This document shows, piece by piece, positions 47,110-55,698 of a stretch of DNA of 64,000 nt (positions are counted from its first letter, which is position 1; every line of letters begins with the position of its first letter). This DNA is from Bacteroidota bacterium (GTDB lineage: Bacteria; Bacteroidota; Ignavibacteria; Ignavibacteriales; Melioribacteraceae), in the NCBI GenBank assembly GCA_018818165.1, contig JAHISP010000014.1, positions 11,875 through 75,874 of the forward strand, given 5' to 3'. Below the pieces are notes generated by a model. That model saw only the letters and a program-made list of their open reading frames with translations. It was not told where the DNA came from and made no database searches. The position numbers and the translations under genes were made by a program.

Positions 47110-47220
47110 AACAAATAGATTACAAATTCCAAAAACAATAAAAGACAAGCAAAGTTTCGAATTTGGTTTGTTTTATTTGAAGTTTATTTGTGATTTGTAT
47201 TTTGTTTTTTGGAATTTTGT
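47110..47220. repeat. Long imperfect inverted repeat in the purM/tatD intergenic region
   Basis: ACAAATAGATTACAAATTCCAAAAACAA (47110-47138) against ATTTGTGATTTGTATTTTGTTTTTTGGAATTTTGT (47186-47220). Arms are about 17-30 nt with 1-nt indels. Confidence 0.5.
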
Positions 47221-47248
47221 TTAATTATAGATTGGAAATTTGGATATT

Positions 47249-48607
47249 ATGTTTATAGATACACACACACATCTCTTTTTCAAAAATTTTGATGAAGATA
47301 GATACGAAGTAATTAAAAATGCTCTTGCTGCTGGAGTGAAATATATGATTGTTCCTGGAACCGATATTGAAACTTCCAGACAAGCTATTGAATTGGCAGA
47401 TAAATATGAATCCGTTTATGCCGCAGTTGGTGTTCATCCTCACGATACAAAGGATTGGGACGATAATTTAATAGATGAACTTCGCAAATTGGCAAAACAC
47501 AAAAAGGTAGTAGCAATTGGAGAAATTGGTCTCGATTATTTTTATGACTTTTCACCTAAAGATATTCAGCAAAAGGCATTTGATAAACAAATTCAATTAG
47601 CATTAGAACTTAATCTTCCAATAGTTATTCATAATCGTGATTCAAATGACGACATAATGGAATTTGCAAGAAAGTATAAAGATACGCCACTTAAGGCGCA
47701 ATATCATTGCTTTGCTGGCACAGTTGAAAATGCACGCGAACTTGTTGAAATGGGTCACTTTATTTCTTTTACCGGAAATATTACATTTAAAAAAGCTGAT
47801 TCTATTAGAGAAGTTTTATCAAAAGTGAGTGTCGAAAATATATTGCTTGAAACAGATTCCCCGTTTTTAACTCCAGTACCATTTCGTGGAAAACGAAATG
47901 AACCTAAACACATTCCAATAATTGCTCAAATAGTTGCGGAAACTCATCACCTTAGAGTTGAGGATGTGGCTCGTACAACTTCTTGGAATGCTTATAAATT
48001 ATTTGGAATAGGAAAAAAAATGAATTTAAGTCACACCTACCAAATAGGTGAATCACTTTATGTAAATGTTACAAACAGATGTAATGCCGATTGTGTTTTC
48101 TGCGATAGAAAAGGCGAAGCAGTAATTAATGGTTACAGTCTTAAAATGAGTAGAGCAGAAGAACCAGAAGCGGAGACGTATATTTCGGAAATAGGCGACC
48201 CAGCAAAGTATAAAGAAATTGTTTTTTGTGGATATGGTGAACCAACTATCAGATGGGAAGTTGTAAAGGAAATTGCAAAATACGTTAAAGAAAATGGTGG
48301 TAAAACTCGCATGAACAGTAATGGTCATGGTAATTTTATTAACAAGCGTGATATAACTCCAGAATTGAATGGATTAATAGATTCTGTTTCAATAAGCCTT
48401 AATTCTACAAGTGCTGAGCAATATGCAAAGTTAATGAGAGTTGACGAAACTCTTCATGCAGAAATGATTGATTTTGCCAAACGTGCTAAACGTTTTACTA
48501 AAATTGTTATGTCAATTGTTGGATTAAGTTCTGTTGATACCGAAAATGCCAAGCAATTTGTAACAAATGAAATTGGAGTAGATTTTAGAGAACGGGAGTA
48601 TTTTTAA
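47249..48607 (+). CDS. TatD-family metal-dependent hydrolase fused to a TatD-associated radical SAM domain
   Basis: N-terminal half: MFIDTHTHL, GEIGLDY, and the EVLSKVSVENILLETDSPFLTP region. C-terminal half: VTNRCNADCVFCDRKG (CxxxCxxC) plus FCGYGEP. Confidence 0.85.
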   Translation: MFIDTHTHLFFKNFDEDRYEVIKNALAAGVKYMIVPGTDIETSRQAIELADKYESVYAAVGVHPHDTKDWDDNLIDELRKLAKHKKVVAIGEIGLDYFYDFSPKDIQQKAFDKQIQLALELNLPIVIHNRDSNDDIMEFARKYKDTPLKAQYHCFAGTVENARELVEMGHFISFTGNITFKKADSIREVLSKVSVENILLETDSPFLTPVPFRGKRNEPKHIPIIAQIVAETHHLRVEDVARTTSWNAYKLFGIGKKMNLSHTYQIGESLYVNVTNRCNADCVFCDRKGEAVINGYSLKMSRAEEPEAETYISEIGDPAKYKEIVFCGYGEPTIRWEVVKEIAKYVKENGGKTRMNSNGHGNFINKRDITPELNGLIDSVSISLNSTSAEQYAKLMRVDETLHAEMIDFAKRAKRFTKIVMSIVGLSSVDTENAKQFVTNEIGVDFREREYF

Positions 48608-50025
48608 TGAGAAAAATGGTTGTTATTTTAATCGTTGTAATCCAAACATTAAATTTTGGACAAGAGAAAAAATTTACCACAACTGATGAATTAACATATC
48701 TTTTAAAGAATCCATTCTTTCGTAGATGTCAGATAGGTGTTGACGCTTATAACATTTCTAAAAAAGAAATTGTTTTTAGACACAATGAAAAATTGCTTTT
48801 TAGACCAGCATCAAATATGAAAATAATTACAACTGCTGCTGCTCTTCGCTTTCTTGGACCTGATTATAATTTTACAACTCAAATTAAATATGCTGGTGAA
48901 ATTATTAATGGCGTTTTAAACGGTAATCTTTATTTTGTTGGTGGTTTTGATCCAGATTTTACTTCTGCCGATTTGGACACAATGATTATAAAATTGAAAG
49001 ATAAAGGTATTAATAAAATAATCGGAAATATTTATGTGGATGTATCAAATATGGATTCACTGGATTGGGGACTTGGTTGGATGTGGGACGACGAGCCTTC
49101 ATACGACTTTCCGCATATGACTCCATTGCCAATTAACAATGCTTCATTGCAAGTTGCAATTTCTCCATCAAAGATTGGCGAAAAAGTAGTTTTAAAAACA
49201 ATTCCAGAATCAAATTATTTTAAATATACAAACAATATTTTTACTGTTGATAACGATACTTCCAATTTAGTATTAAGTAGAGATTGGATTAACTACAGTG
49301 ACTCACTAATTTTTGAAGGTGGATTATTTGTTGGTGCTGAGCCAGATACAATTACAATAAATCTAAAAAACACAAATCAATATTTTTTAACTCTTGCAAA
49401 AGAAGCATTGGATAAAAATAAAATTATTTTTGAAGGAAAATGTGGTGTTGAATCTGCTCCGCCAGAAGCAAAAACAATTGTAACCAAGCAACGTAATTTT
49501 GGAAAAGTAATTGTAAATCTTAACAAAACAAGCGATAATTTAAGTGCAGAAATGACGCTGCGCGCTTTAGCTTTTAATGAGTATGGTAAACTTGCTTCTG
49601 CTGAAAAAGGAGTTGAAGTTATTGATAGCCTAATCGTTGAAGTTGGTCTTAATCCAGAGGACTATAGAATAGTTGACGGTTCAGGAGTGTCGCATTACAA
49701 TCTCGTTTCTGTTGAGTTATTAAATGAAATATTAAGATATATGCAGCAATATCATCCAGAATTATTTTCTATTCTTTACGAATCATTCCCAATTGCTGGA
49801 GTTGACGGAACGCTTGATACAAGAATGAATGAAGGAAGGGCTTATAAAAATGTTCATGCAAAAACTGGAACGTTAAGTGGCGTGAGTTCGCTTTCGGGAT
49901 ATCTAACTTCAAAAAGTGGAGATCTAATTTCTTTTTCTATAAATACACAAAATTTTATTGGAAGTACAAGAACAGCGAGATACTTCCAAGACAAAATTTG
50001 CGAAATTCTATCAAACATGGAATAA
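48607..50025 (+). CDS. dacB: D-alanyl-D-alanine carboxypeptidase/endopeptidase (PBP4, S13 family)
   Basis: Active-site PASNMKI (SxxK), DGSGVS and KTGTL. Confidence 0.85.
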   Translation: MRKMVVILIVVIQTLNFGQEKKFTTTDELTYLLKNPFFRRCQIGVDAYNISKKEIVFRHNEKLLFRPASNMKIITTAAALRFLGPDYNFTTQIKYAGEIINGVLNGNLYFVGGFDPDFTSADLDTMIIKLKDKGINKIIGNIYVDVSNMDSLDWGLGWMWDDEPSYDFPHMTPLPINNASLQVAISPSKIGEKVVLKTIPESNYFKYTNNIFTVDNDTSNLVLSRDWINYSDSLIFEGGLFVGAEPDTITINLKNTNQYFLTLAKEALDKNKIIFEGKCGVESAPPEAKTIVTKQRNFGKVIVNLNKTSDNLSAEMTLRALAFNEYGKLASAEKGVEVIDSLIVEVGLNPEDYRIVDGSGVSHYNLVSVELLNEILRYMQQYHPELFSILYESFPIAGVDGTLDTRMNEGRAYKNVHAKTGTLSGVSSLSGYLTSKSGDLISFSINTQNFIGSTRTARYFQDKICEILSNME

Positions 50026-50028
50026 AAA

Positions 50029-50880
50029 ATGAAAACACACAAACAGTTTAATGTATCAACAACCCCATATAATGTTGATTTACTAAGTGGATTGCTCTGG
50101 CAGTTAGATATTGAAGGAATAAATGAGGATGATAATTCGCTTGTTATTTTTGCTACTGAAGAAAGTGGAGTTACAAAACTGGAAGTAGAATCACTCCTTT
50201 CCAAAGTTAGATTTGAAAATCTTATAGAAACATTTCTTGTTGTTGAAAGCAGCGTTGAAGAAATTAATTGGAATGAAGAATGGGAAAAGACAATTAATGT
50301 AATAGAAGTAAGTGATAAAATTGTAATAAAGCCAACCTTTAGAGAATATACTCCAAAAGAAAATCAGCTTGTTATAACTATTGATCCTAAAATGTCTTTT
50401 GGAACTGGCGAACATGAAACAACAAAATTGGTTTTGCAATTTTTGGATAAACACATAAAAGACTCAAAAAGAGTTTTGGATGTTGGTAGTGGAACGGGTG
50501 TATTGGGAATTGCAGCTGCATTACTTGGTGCTAATCACGTTGTTGGAATTGACAATGATGAGTGGTGCATCGAAAATGGATTAGAAAATATTGAATTGAA
50601 TAATCTTAATTCGAAAGTTGAAGTTAGACTTGCAGAAATTGACAAAGTAAAAGATGAACCTTTTGATTTAATTTTGGCAAATATTAATAGACACATTCTA
50701 ATTGATATAGCAGATTCTATCTTGAGACTTTCGAAATTAAAGGGAACTATAATTTTATCTGGATTATTATACACCGATAGAGAAGAAATTCTTAAACTCT
50801 ATGCTGGAATTGGGTTTAAGCTTGTTGAAGAAAAAAGACTTAACGAATGGATAGCTTTGGTTTTAATTAATGACAATTGA
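50029..50880 (+). CDS. prmA: Ribosomal protein L11 methyltransferase
   Basis: IDPKMSFGTGEHETTKL and the SAM motif VLDVGSGTGVLGIAA. Confidence 0.9.
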   Translation: MKTHKQFNVSTTPYNVDLLSGLLWQLDIEGINEDDNSLVIFATEESGVTKLEVESLLSKVRFENLIETFLVVESSVEEINWNEEWEKTINVIEVSDKIVIKPTFREYTPKENQLVITIDPKMSFGTGEHETTKLVLQFLDKHIKDSKRVLDVGSGTGVLGIAAALLGANHVVGIDNDEWCIENGLENIELNNLNSKVEVRLAEIDKVKDEPFDLILANINRHILIDIADSILRLSKLKGTIILSGLLYTDREEILKLYAGIGFKLVEEKRLNEWIALVLINDN

Positions 50881-50969
50881 TTAAAGTATAAGTTTTATAA
50901 AACTACTGTTTAACTTAGTGCTAAAACCTGATATATTTAATTTGTTACAGAAATATAACTTAAAACAAA

Positions 50970-51007
50970 AACGAAATTAAGCATAAGTATTTACATATAA
51001 TTTCGTT
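50970..51007. terminator. AT-rich hairpin between convergent prmA and marR-type genes
   Basis: AACGAAATTA-18 nt-TAATTTCGTT, a perfect 10-bp stem. Confidence 0.4.
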
Positions 51008-51029
51008 AATGTTTTAAGTATTTGAGGCA

Positions 51030-51458
51030 TTAGTTTTTTAACTTTGATAACAATTCCACTAAAGTCTTTTTCTCATCATCATTCAAATTCTTTGTTTCTT
51101 CATCAATTGATTTTAGATATAACGGGGTTAATTTCTTAATCATATTTTTGCCTTCTTTTGTCAAGCCGGCATTAATGATTCGTCTATCATGACTTGATGG
51201 AATACGTTCAGCAAAATTACGCTTCTGTAAATTATCCATTACACAAGTTATATTTGCTCCAGTAACATTTAGTTTTTTACTGATGCTGTTTAATGGCATT
51301 GAGCCATTAGTATATAGTGTATTTAAAACGCTAAATTGCGGCGTGGTTAAATTTAAGTGAGCCATTCTTTTTGAATGTGACTTATCTATAAGTTCAAACG
51401 TATTTGTTAATTCCCTCCACAACTCTAGCGATAAATTATTTTCTACATGTTCTGACAT
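51030..51458 (-). CDS. MarR-family transcriptional regulator
   Basis: Start taken at the ATG at 51458 (MSEHVENN). Winged-helix region LTTPQFSVLNTLYTNGSMPLNSISKKLNVTGANITCVMDNLQKRNFAERIPSSHDRR. Confidence 0.85.
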   Translation of the reverse strand: MSEHVENNLSLELWRELTNTFELIDKSHSKRMAHLNLTTPQFSVLNTLYTNGSMPLNSISKKLNVTGANITCVMDNLQKRNFAERIPSSHDRRIINAGLTKEGKNMIKKLTPLYLKSIDEETKNLNDDEKKTLVELLSKLKN

Positions 51459-51557
51459 TTTATTCCTTAATTTTTTAAAATAAAAACATTTATTATTTAA
51501 GTACAAAAACCGTACCATTTTAAATTCTAATATAATTCAACTAAAAATCAATTGAAA

Positions 51558-51573
51558 TGCAAATAAGTTTGCA
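51558..51573. promoter_or_regulatory. Palindrome, candidate MarR operator
   Basis: TGCAAA-TAAG-TTTGCA, about 100 nt upstream of the marR-type start. Confidence 0.3.
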
Positions 51574-51667
51574 CTATGGTGTTACCATGGCTAATATTGA
51601 ACAGCTTTATAGGAAAGTTATATTGGTATAATTTACATATAAAGGAAAAAACTACTTATTATAAATT

Positions 51668-52132
51668 CTATTTCTTGCACAACTTTATTATCTCATCAAA
51701 TTCTTTTTTATCAATAGGCATTACGGATAAACGATTGCCGCGCTGCACTAACTTCATGTTTTGTAATTTTGGATTATTCTTAATCTCTTCAAGAGTAACT
51801 GGACGTGCTAACTTGTCAACTATTTTAATATCAACCATAATCCATGTTGGCTGGTCTAATTTGCTTTTTGGATCATAATGTTTATCCTCAGGATCAAATG
51901 CAGTAAAGTCAGGATAACCTTCTTTTACAACTTCACAAACTCCAACAACAGCTGGAGTTTCTGTATTACTGTGATAAAATAATACTTTGTCTCCAATTTT
52001 CATTTCATCCCGCATAAAATTACGGGCTTGATAATTTCTTACACCATCCCAATGAGTTATTTTGTCTCTTGCTAAATCATCTATAGAATATGCATTGGGT
52101 TCTGATTTAACTAACCAATATTTTATTGCCAT
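51668..52132 (-). CDS. EVE (PUA-like) domain protein
   Basis: MAIKYWLVKSEPNAYSIDDL...WDGVRNYQARNFMRDEMKIGDKVLFYHSN is the canonical EVE/THYN1 pattern. Confidence 0.9.
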   Translation of the reverse strand: MAIKYWLVKSEPNAYSIDDLARDKITHWDGVRNYQARNFMRDEMKIGDKVLFYHSNTETPAVVGVCEVVKEGYPDFTAFDPEDKHYDPKSKLDQPTWIMVDIKIVDKLARPVTLEEIKNNPKLQNMKLVQRGNRLSVMPIDKKEFDEIIKLCKK

Positions 52133-52227
52133 TCAAAAATCCTAAATATTTTAATTCTTAAGTGCTACAAAATTATAAAAAATTGTAAATTGTATTTGAA
52201 AAATAAATAATTGATTGAAGATAAAAA

Positions 52228-52761
52228 ATGAATAGAAAAAAGATAAGTAAAAAAAACGGGTTTTCTAAAATTATTAGTGGAATAGTAATAATTGCATTTA
52301 TTCTATTTATGGTACTTTATAATTTGCCTAAAACTCCCAAAAGTGGAAACAATAGCGTGAAGAAATCAAGCATTAAATTTCAAAAAGATGGGGAACTTAC
52401 TTTCCAATCAGCAGATGAAAAATACATTTCAATGATTGATATTGAAATTGCGGATGATGACAACAAACGCACAACTGGATTGATGGATAGACTTTCGATG
52501 GAAGAAAAACAAGGTATGCTTTTCGTCTTTCCGCATGAATCTTTCCAGTCTTTTTGGATGAAAAACACTGTAATTTCGTTGGATATAATTTTTGTGGATA
52601 GAAATAACGAAATAGTTACAATTCATAAAAACACAGTTCCTTTTGATACTAGCCAATATCAATCGACCAAACCAGCATCGCAAGTTGTTGAAGTTATTGC
52701 AGGTTATACTGATTTATACAATATAAATATTGGCGATAAAATTGTCTGGAGAAGGAACTAA
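52228..52761 (+). CDS. DUF192-domain protein (membrane-anchored)
   Basis: N-terminal TM segment. GLMDR...GMLFVF...FWMKNTVISLDIIFVD is the typical DUF192 pattern. Confidence 0.8.
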   Translation: MNRKKISKKNGFSKIISGIVIIAFILFMVLYNLPKTPKSGNNSVKKSSIKFQKDGELTFQSADEKYISMIDIEIADDDNKRTTGLMDRLSMEEKQGMLFVFPHESFQSFWMKNTVISLDIIFVDRNNEIVTIHKNTVPFDTSQYQSTKPASQVVEVIAGYTDLYNINIGDKIVWRRN

Positions 52762-52871
52762 AGTGATGCATTGCTGAATTGTTAAATTGTTGAATGGCTC
52801 AATTGATAAACAATTTGACAATTAGTCAATAGCAACATGTTTTTTGATTTAATTTAATAAATGGTTCAACT

Positions 52872-54146
52872 ATGAAAAATAATTTTTACAACGATTTTGA
52901 TTTTGAACGCGTTTCGCAAAGTGTGCGAGAGGAAGATTACAGAACACCATTTCAAATTGACCGCGATAGACTAATTCATTCGTCCGAATTCCGCCGTTTG
53001 CAAGGCAAAACTCAAGTGTTTTTACCCGGCGAAAATGATTATTACAGAACTCGCTTAACACACTCAATTGAAGTTTCGCAAATTGGAAGATCGATAACAA
53101 ATTATCTTACCAAAAAATATTCCAACATTTTTAATTATTCTTATTTTATTGACCAAGATTTGGTAGAATCGGCTTGTCTTGCTCACGATTTGGGGCATCC
53201 GCCGTTTGGTCACGCTGGCGAACGAACTTTGAATAACTTAATGAAAGATTATGGCGGATTTGAAGGAAATGCTCAAACTCTTAGACTGCTTTGCGATACT
53301 TTTTACACAATTGGCGAAAATAGAAGAGGAATGAAGCCAACTCGCGCTTTTGTTGACGCAATTCTTAAATATAAATCAATTCACTCAAAGTTCGAAAATC
53401 CTAAAAATCACTTTATTTACGATTATCAAAATGAGTACTTAAATTTTGTATTTGGTGGAAAGGAATTGCCAAAACAATTTCAAAACACCGAAGCACTAAA
53501 TAACTTTAAAAGTATTGAATGCCAAATTATGGATTGGGCTGATGATACTGCTTATGCTGTTAATGATTTGGTCGATTCAATTTCTGGTGGATTTATAAAT
53601 ATTGCTAAACTCCAAAAATGGCGTAAAATTAACTTAAATTCCTTAAATGAACTTAAAATTGAAGCGTTAGACCAAATAGAAAAATGGATTAAAGAAGACA
53701 CATATAAATCAAAATTTGGCTCAGAAATTGGAAAGTTTATCCTTGCTTGTAAAATTGAAGAACGCGATTCGTTTATGAATGATTTAACAAATAGATATAA
53801 ATATTTGCTAACTGTTGATAACAATAGTTTTGAACTTATTGAAATGTATAAAAAAATTGCTGTCGATTTGGTATTCCGTTCGCCACAACTTCATCAAATG
53901 GAGTTCAAAGGTAACAATATGATTACAAAAATGTTCAACGTTTTTGCCGAAAATTATATAACCGAAATTACAGGAATTGAACTTCTGCCAAATTTTACAA
54001 ATAATTTAATTAAACAAGAAGAAACAATTAACGGAAGAGCAAGATTAGTCTGCGATTATTTGGCTGGAATGACGGACGCTTTTGCACTCACAAACTATAA
54101 ACGACTTTTCGACCCAGATTATAGCTCAATAGCAGACATTTTTTAA
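52872..54146 (+). CDS. dgt: dGTP triphosphohydrolase-like HD-domain protein
   Basis: FQIDRDRLIHSSEFRRLQGKTQVF, RLTHSIEVSQIGR, HDLGHPPFGH and DWADD. Confidence 0.85.
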   Translation: MKNNFYNDFDFERVSQSVREEDYRTPFQIDRDRLIHSSEFRRLQGKTQVFLPGENDYYRTRLTHSIEVSQIGRSITNYLTKKYSNIFNYSYFIDQDLVESACLAHDLGHPPFGHAGERTLNNLMKDYGGFEGNAQTLRLLCDTFYTIGENRRGMKPTRAFVDAILKYKSIHSKFENPKNHFIYDYQNEYLNFVFGGKELPKQFQNTEALNNFKSIECQIMDWADDTAYAVNDLVDSISGGFINIAKLQKWRKINLNSLNELKIEALDQIEKWIKEDTYKSKFGSEIGKFILACKIEERDSFMNDLTNRYKYLLTVDNNSFELIEMYKKIAVDLVFRSPQLHQMEFKGNNMITKMFNVFAENYITEITGIELLPNFTNNLIKQEETINGRARLVCDYLAGMTDAFALTNYKRLFDPDYSSIADIF

Positions 54147-54202
54147 GTTAAAAATGTAGCACAGAATTGTATTCTGTGTTTTAGAATAAAAGGAAAAATT
54201 AG

Positions 54203-54535
54203 ATGTTAAGTCCACAAAAAATAACAAAAAATGAACAAGAATCATTAACAATAACTTGGAAAGACGGAAGAATTCACACAATTCCTCTAAAATTTTTACG
54301 CGATGAATCTCCAGATGCTGGAAACAAAGGTGAAACGATACTTTGGACACATTATCCAGCAGAGCCTCAAGGTCCCGATAAACCTGGAAAATATGAAATT
54401 AAAAACATTCAAGTTGTTGGAAGTTATGCAATTCAAATAACTTGGGGCGATAACTACGATCACGGAATTTATCCTTGGGATTTACTCGAAAAATGGGGTG
54501 AATTTTGGGAAATGAAAAATGAGTTAAAAAAGTAA
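54203..54535 (+). CDS. DUF971-family protein
   Basis: 110 aa. LTITWKDGRIHTIPLKFLRDESPDA...YAIQITWGDNYDHGIYPWDLL fits DUF971. Confidence 0.75.
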   Translation: MLSPQKITKNEQESLTITWKDGRIHTIPLKFLRDESPDAGNKGETILWTHYPAEPQGPDKPGKYEIKNIQVVGSYAIQITWGDNYDHGIYPWDLLEKWGEFWEMKNELKK

Positions 54536-54548
54536 TAAAAAATTCATG

Positions 54549-54574
54549 GTGGATTAAATGTTTATTTAATCCAC
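54549..54574. terminator. Bidirectional hairpin terminator
   Basis: GTGGATTAAAT-GTTT-ATTTAATCCAC (11-bp stem) between convergent genes. Confidence 0.6.
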
Positions 54575-54587
54575 TATGAAATAGTTT

Positions 54588-55511
54588 TTATTCAAATATT
54601 TCCCTTCGATTCTGAAGAGGAGGTTGATTTCGTTCTATCATAAAATCATCAGAAAAATTAACTCGATTTTTATATTTTGCATGCCCAAACAAATATTCAT
54701 CATATTCATTAAGCGGACAGCCGCATTTTTTTGATGGACATTCTATCAATTTATAGGCAAATGAAAATCCTTCATAAATATTGCCAATTTTAGTCTTTAT
54801 TTGATGGCATGGATAAATATTTCCGTTTGAAAACACAACCGCAGCATTAAAACCAGCATTGCAAATATTACCTTTTTGAGCAAAACAAGCTATTTGTGAT
54901 TCCAAAATGCCAAATAATTCAATTTCGGATTGACTGTAACTTTCGGGGTAAATTTTACCTTCATAATTTCCATAAAATGGAGCAAATGTTAAATTCAAGG
55001 AGTTCTCATTTGCAAATTGGATTATACTCTCAACTGAATTTCCAATTTTAGGATACGCCACAGCTTCGGCATAAATGTTAAATCCTTTATTTTTAAGCAA
55101 ATGATAGTTTTTAACAAATCTTTCCAATAGATTTTTGCTGGAAAGTTCATTAAAATGGAAAGATGCATGAATGTGAAGCACTTTTTCATGATTTATTTCA
55201 TTTGCAAATTTCACAATATTGCTCGAAATTAAATTGCTATTAAATGAAATAAAATGCCTTTCGGTAATTGATTTACAAGCTTCAACAAAATTTGGGACTA
55301 AAGTTGGTTCGCCACCTGTGAAGCTAATTCTAAAAATTTTCCCACTTTTATCTATAGTTTCTATCAATTTATCAATTAATATTGAATTTACTTTCACTTT
55401 CGCATCAGTAATTTTTCCAAAACAATAGGCACAATCCAAATTGCAACGTTTTGTAACATCCCAATGTAGCCAAACATCGTAATTTTGATTTTCATTTTTT
55501 AGTATTTTCAT
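54588..55511 (-). CDS. Radical SAM protein with a Cys-rich (SPASM/twitch-like) C-terminus
   Basis: VTKRCNLDCAYCFG (CxxxCxxC) and FTGGEP. C-terminal CNAGFNAAVVFSNGNIYPC...CPSKKCGCP. Confidence 0.8.
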   Translation of the reverse strand: MKILKNENQNYDVWLHWDVTKRCNLDCAYCFGKITDAKVKVNSILIDKLIETIDKSGKIFRISFTGGEPTLVPNFVEACKSITERHFISFNSNLISSNIVKFANEINHEKVLHIHASFHFNELSSKNLLERFVKNYHLLKNKGFNIYAEAVAYPKIGNSVESIIQFANENSLNLTFAPFYGNYEGKIYPESYSQSEIELFGILESQIACFAQKGNICNAGFNAAVVFSNGNIYPCHQIKTKIGNIYEGFSFAYKLIECPSKKCGCPLNEYDEYLFGHAKYKNRVNFSDDFMIERNQPPLQNRREIFE

Positions 55512-55698
55512 AGCAAAACTTATTAAAGTTTAATGATTGAAACAAATTTTAGTCAAAATGGAAAAGTATTTATTTTATTTCAATTTTATATAATTTAGCG
55601 ACTAAAGTTTCTATTTTTTGTTTATCTTAAATAAAGTTAATTTATATACATAAAACTGAAGTAGCTAAAATGAAACAAGTAACCCAAATTATTAAAAG

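Noticed and set aside
51576-51878. A 100-aa plus-strand ORF.
   Set aside because: It overlaps the well-supported EVE-domain gene in antisense and has no recognisable features.
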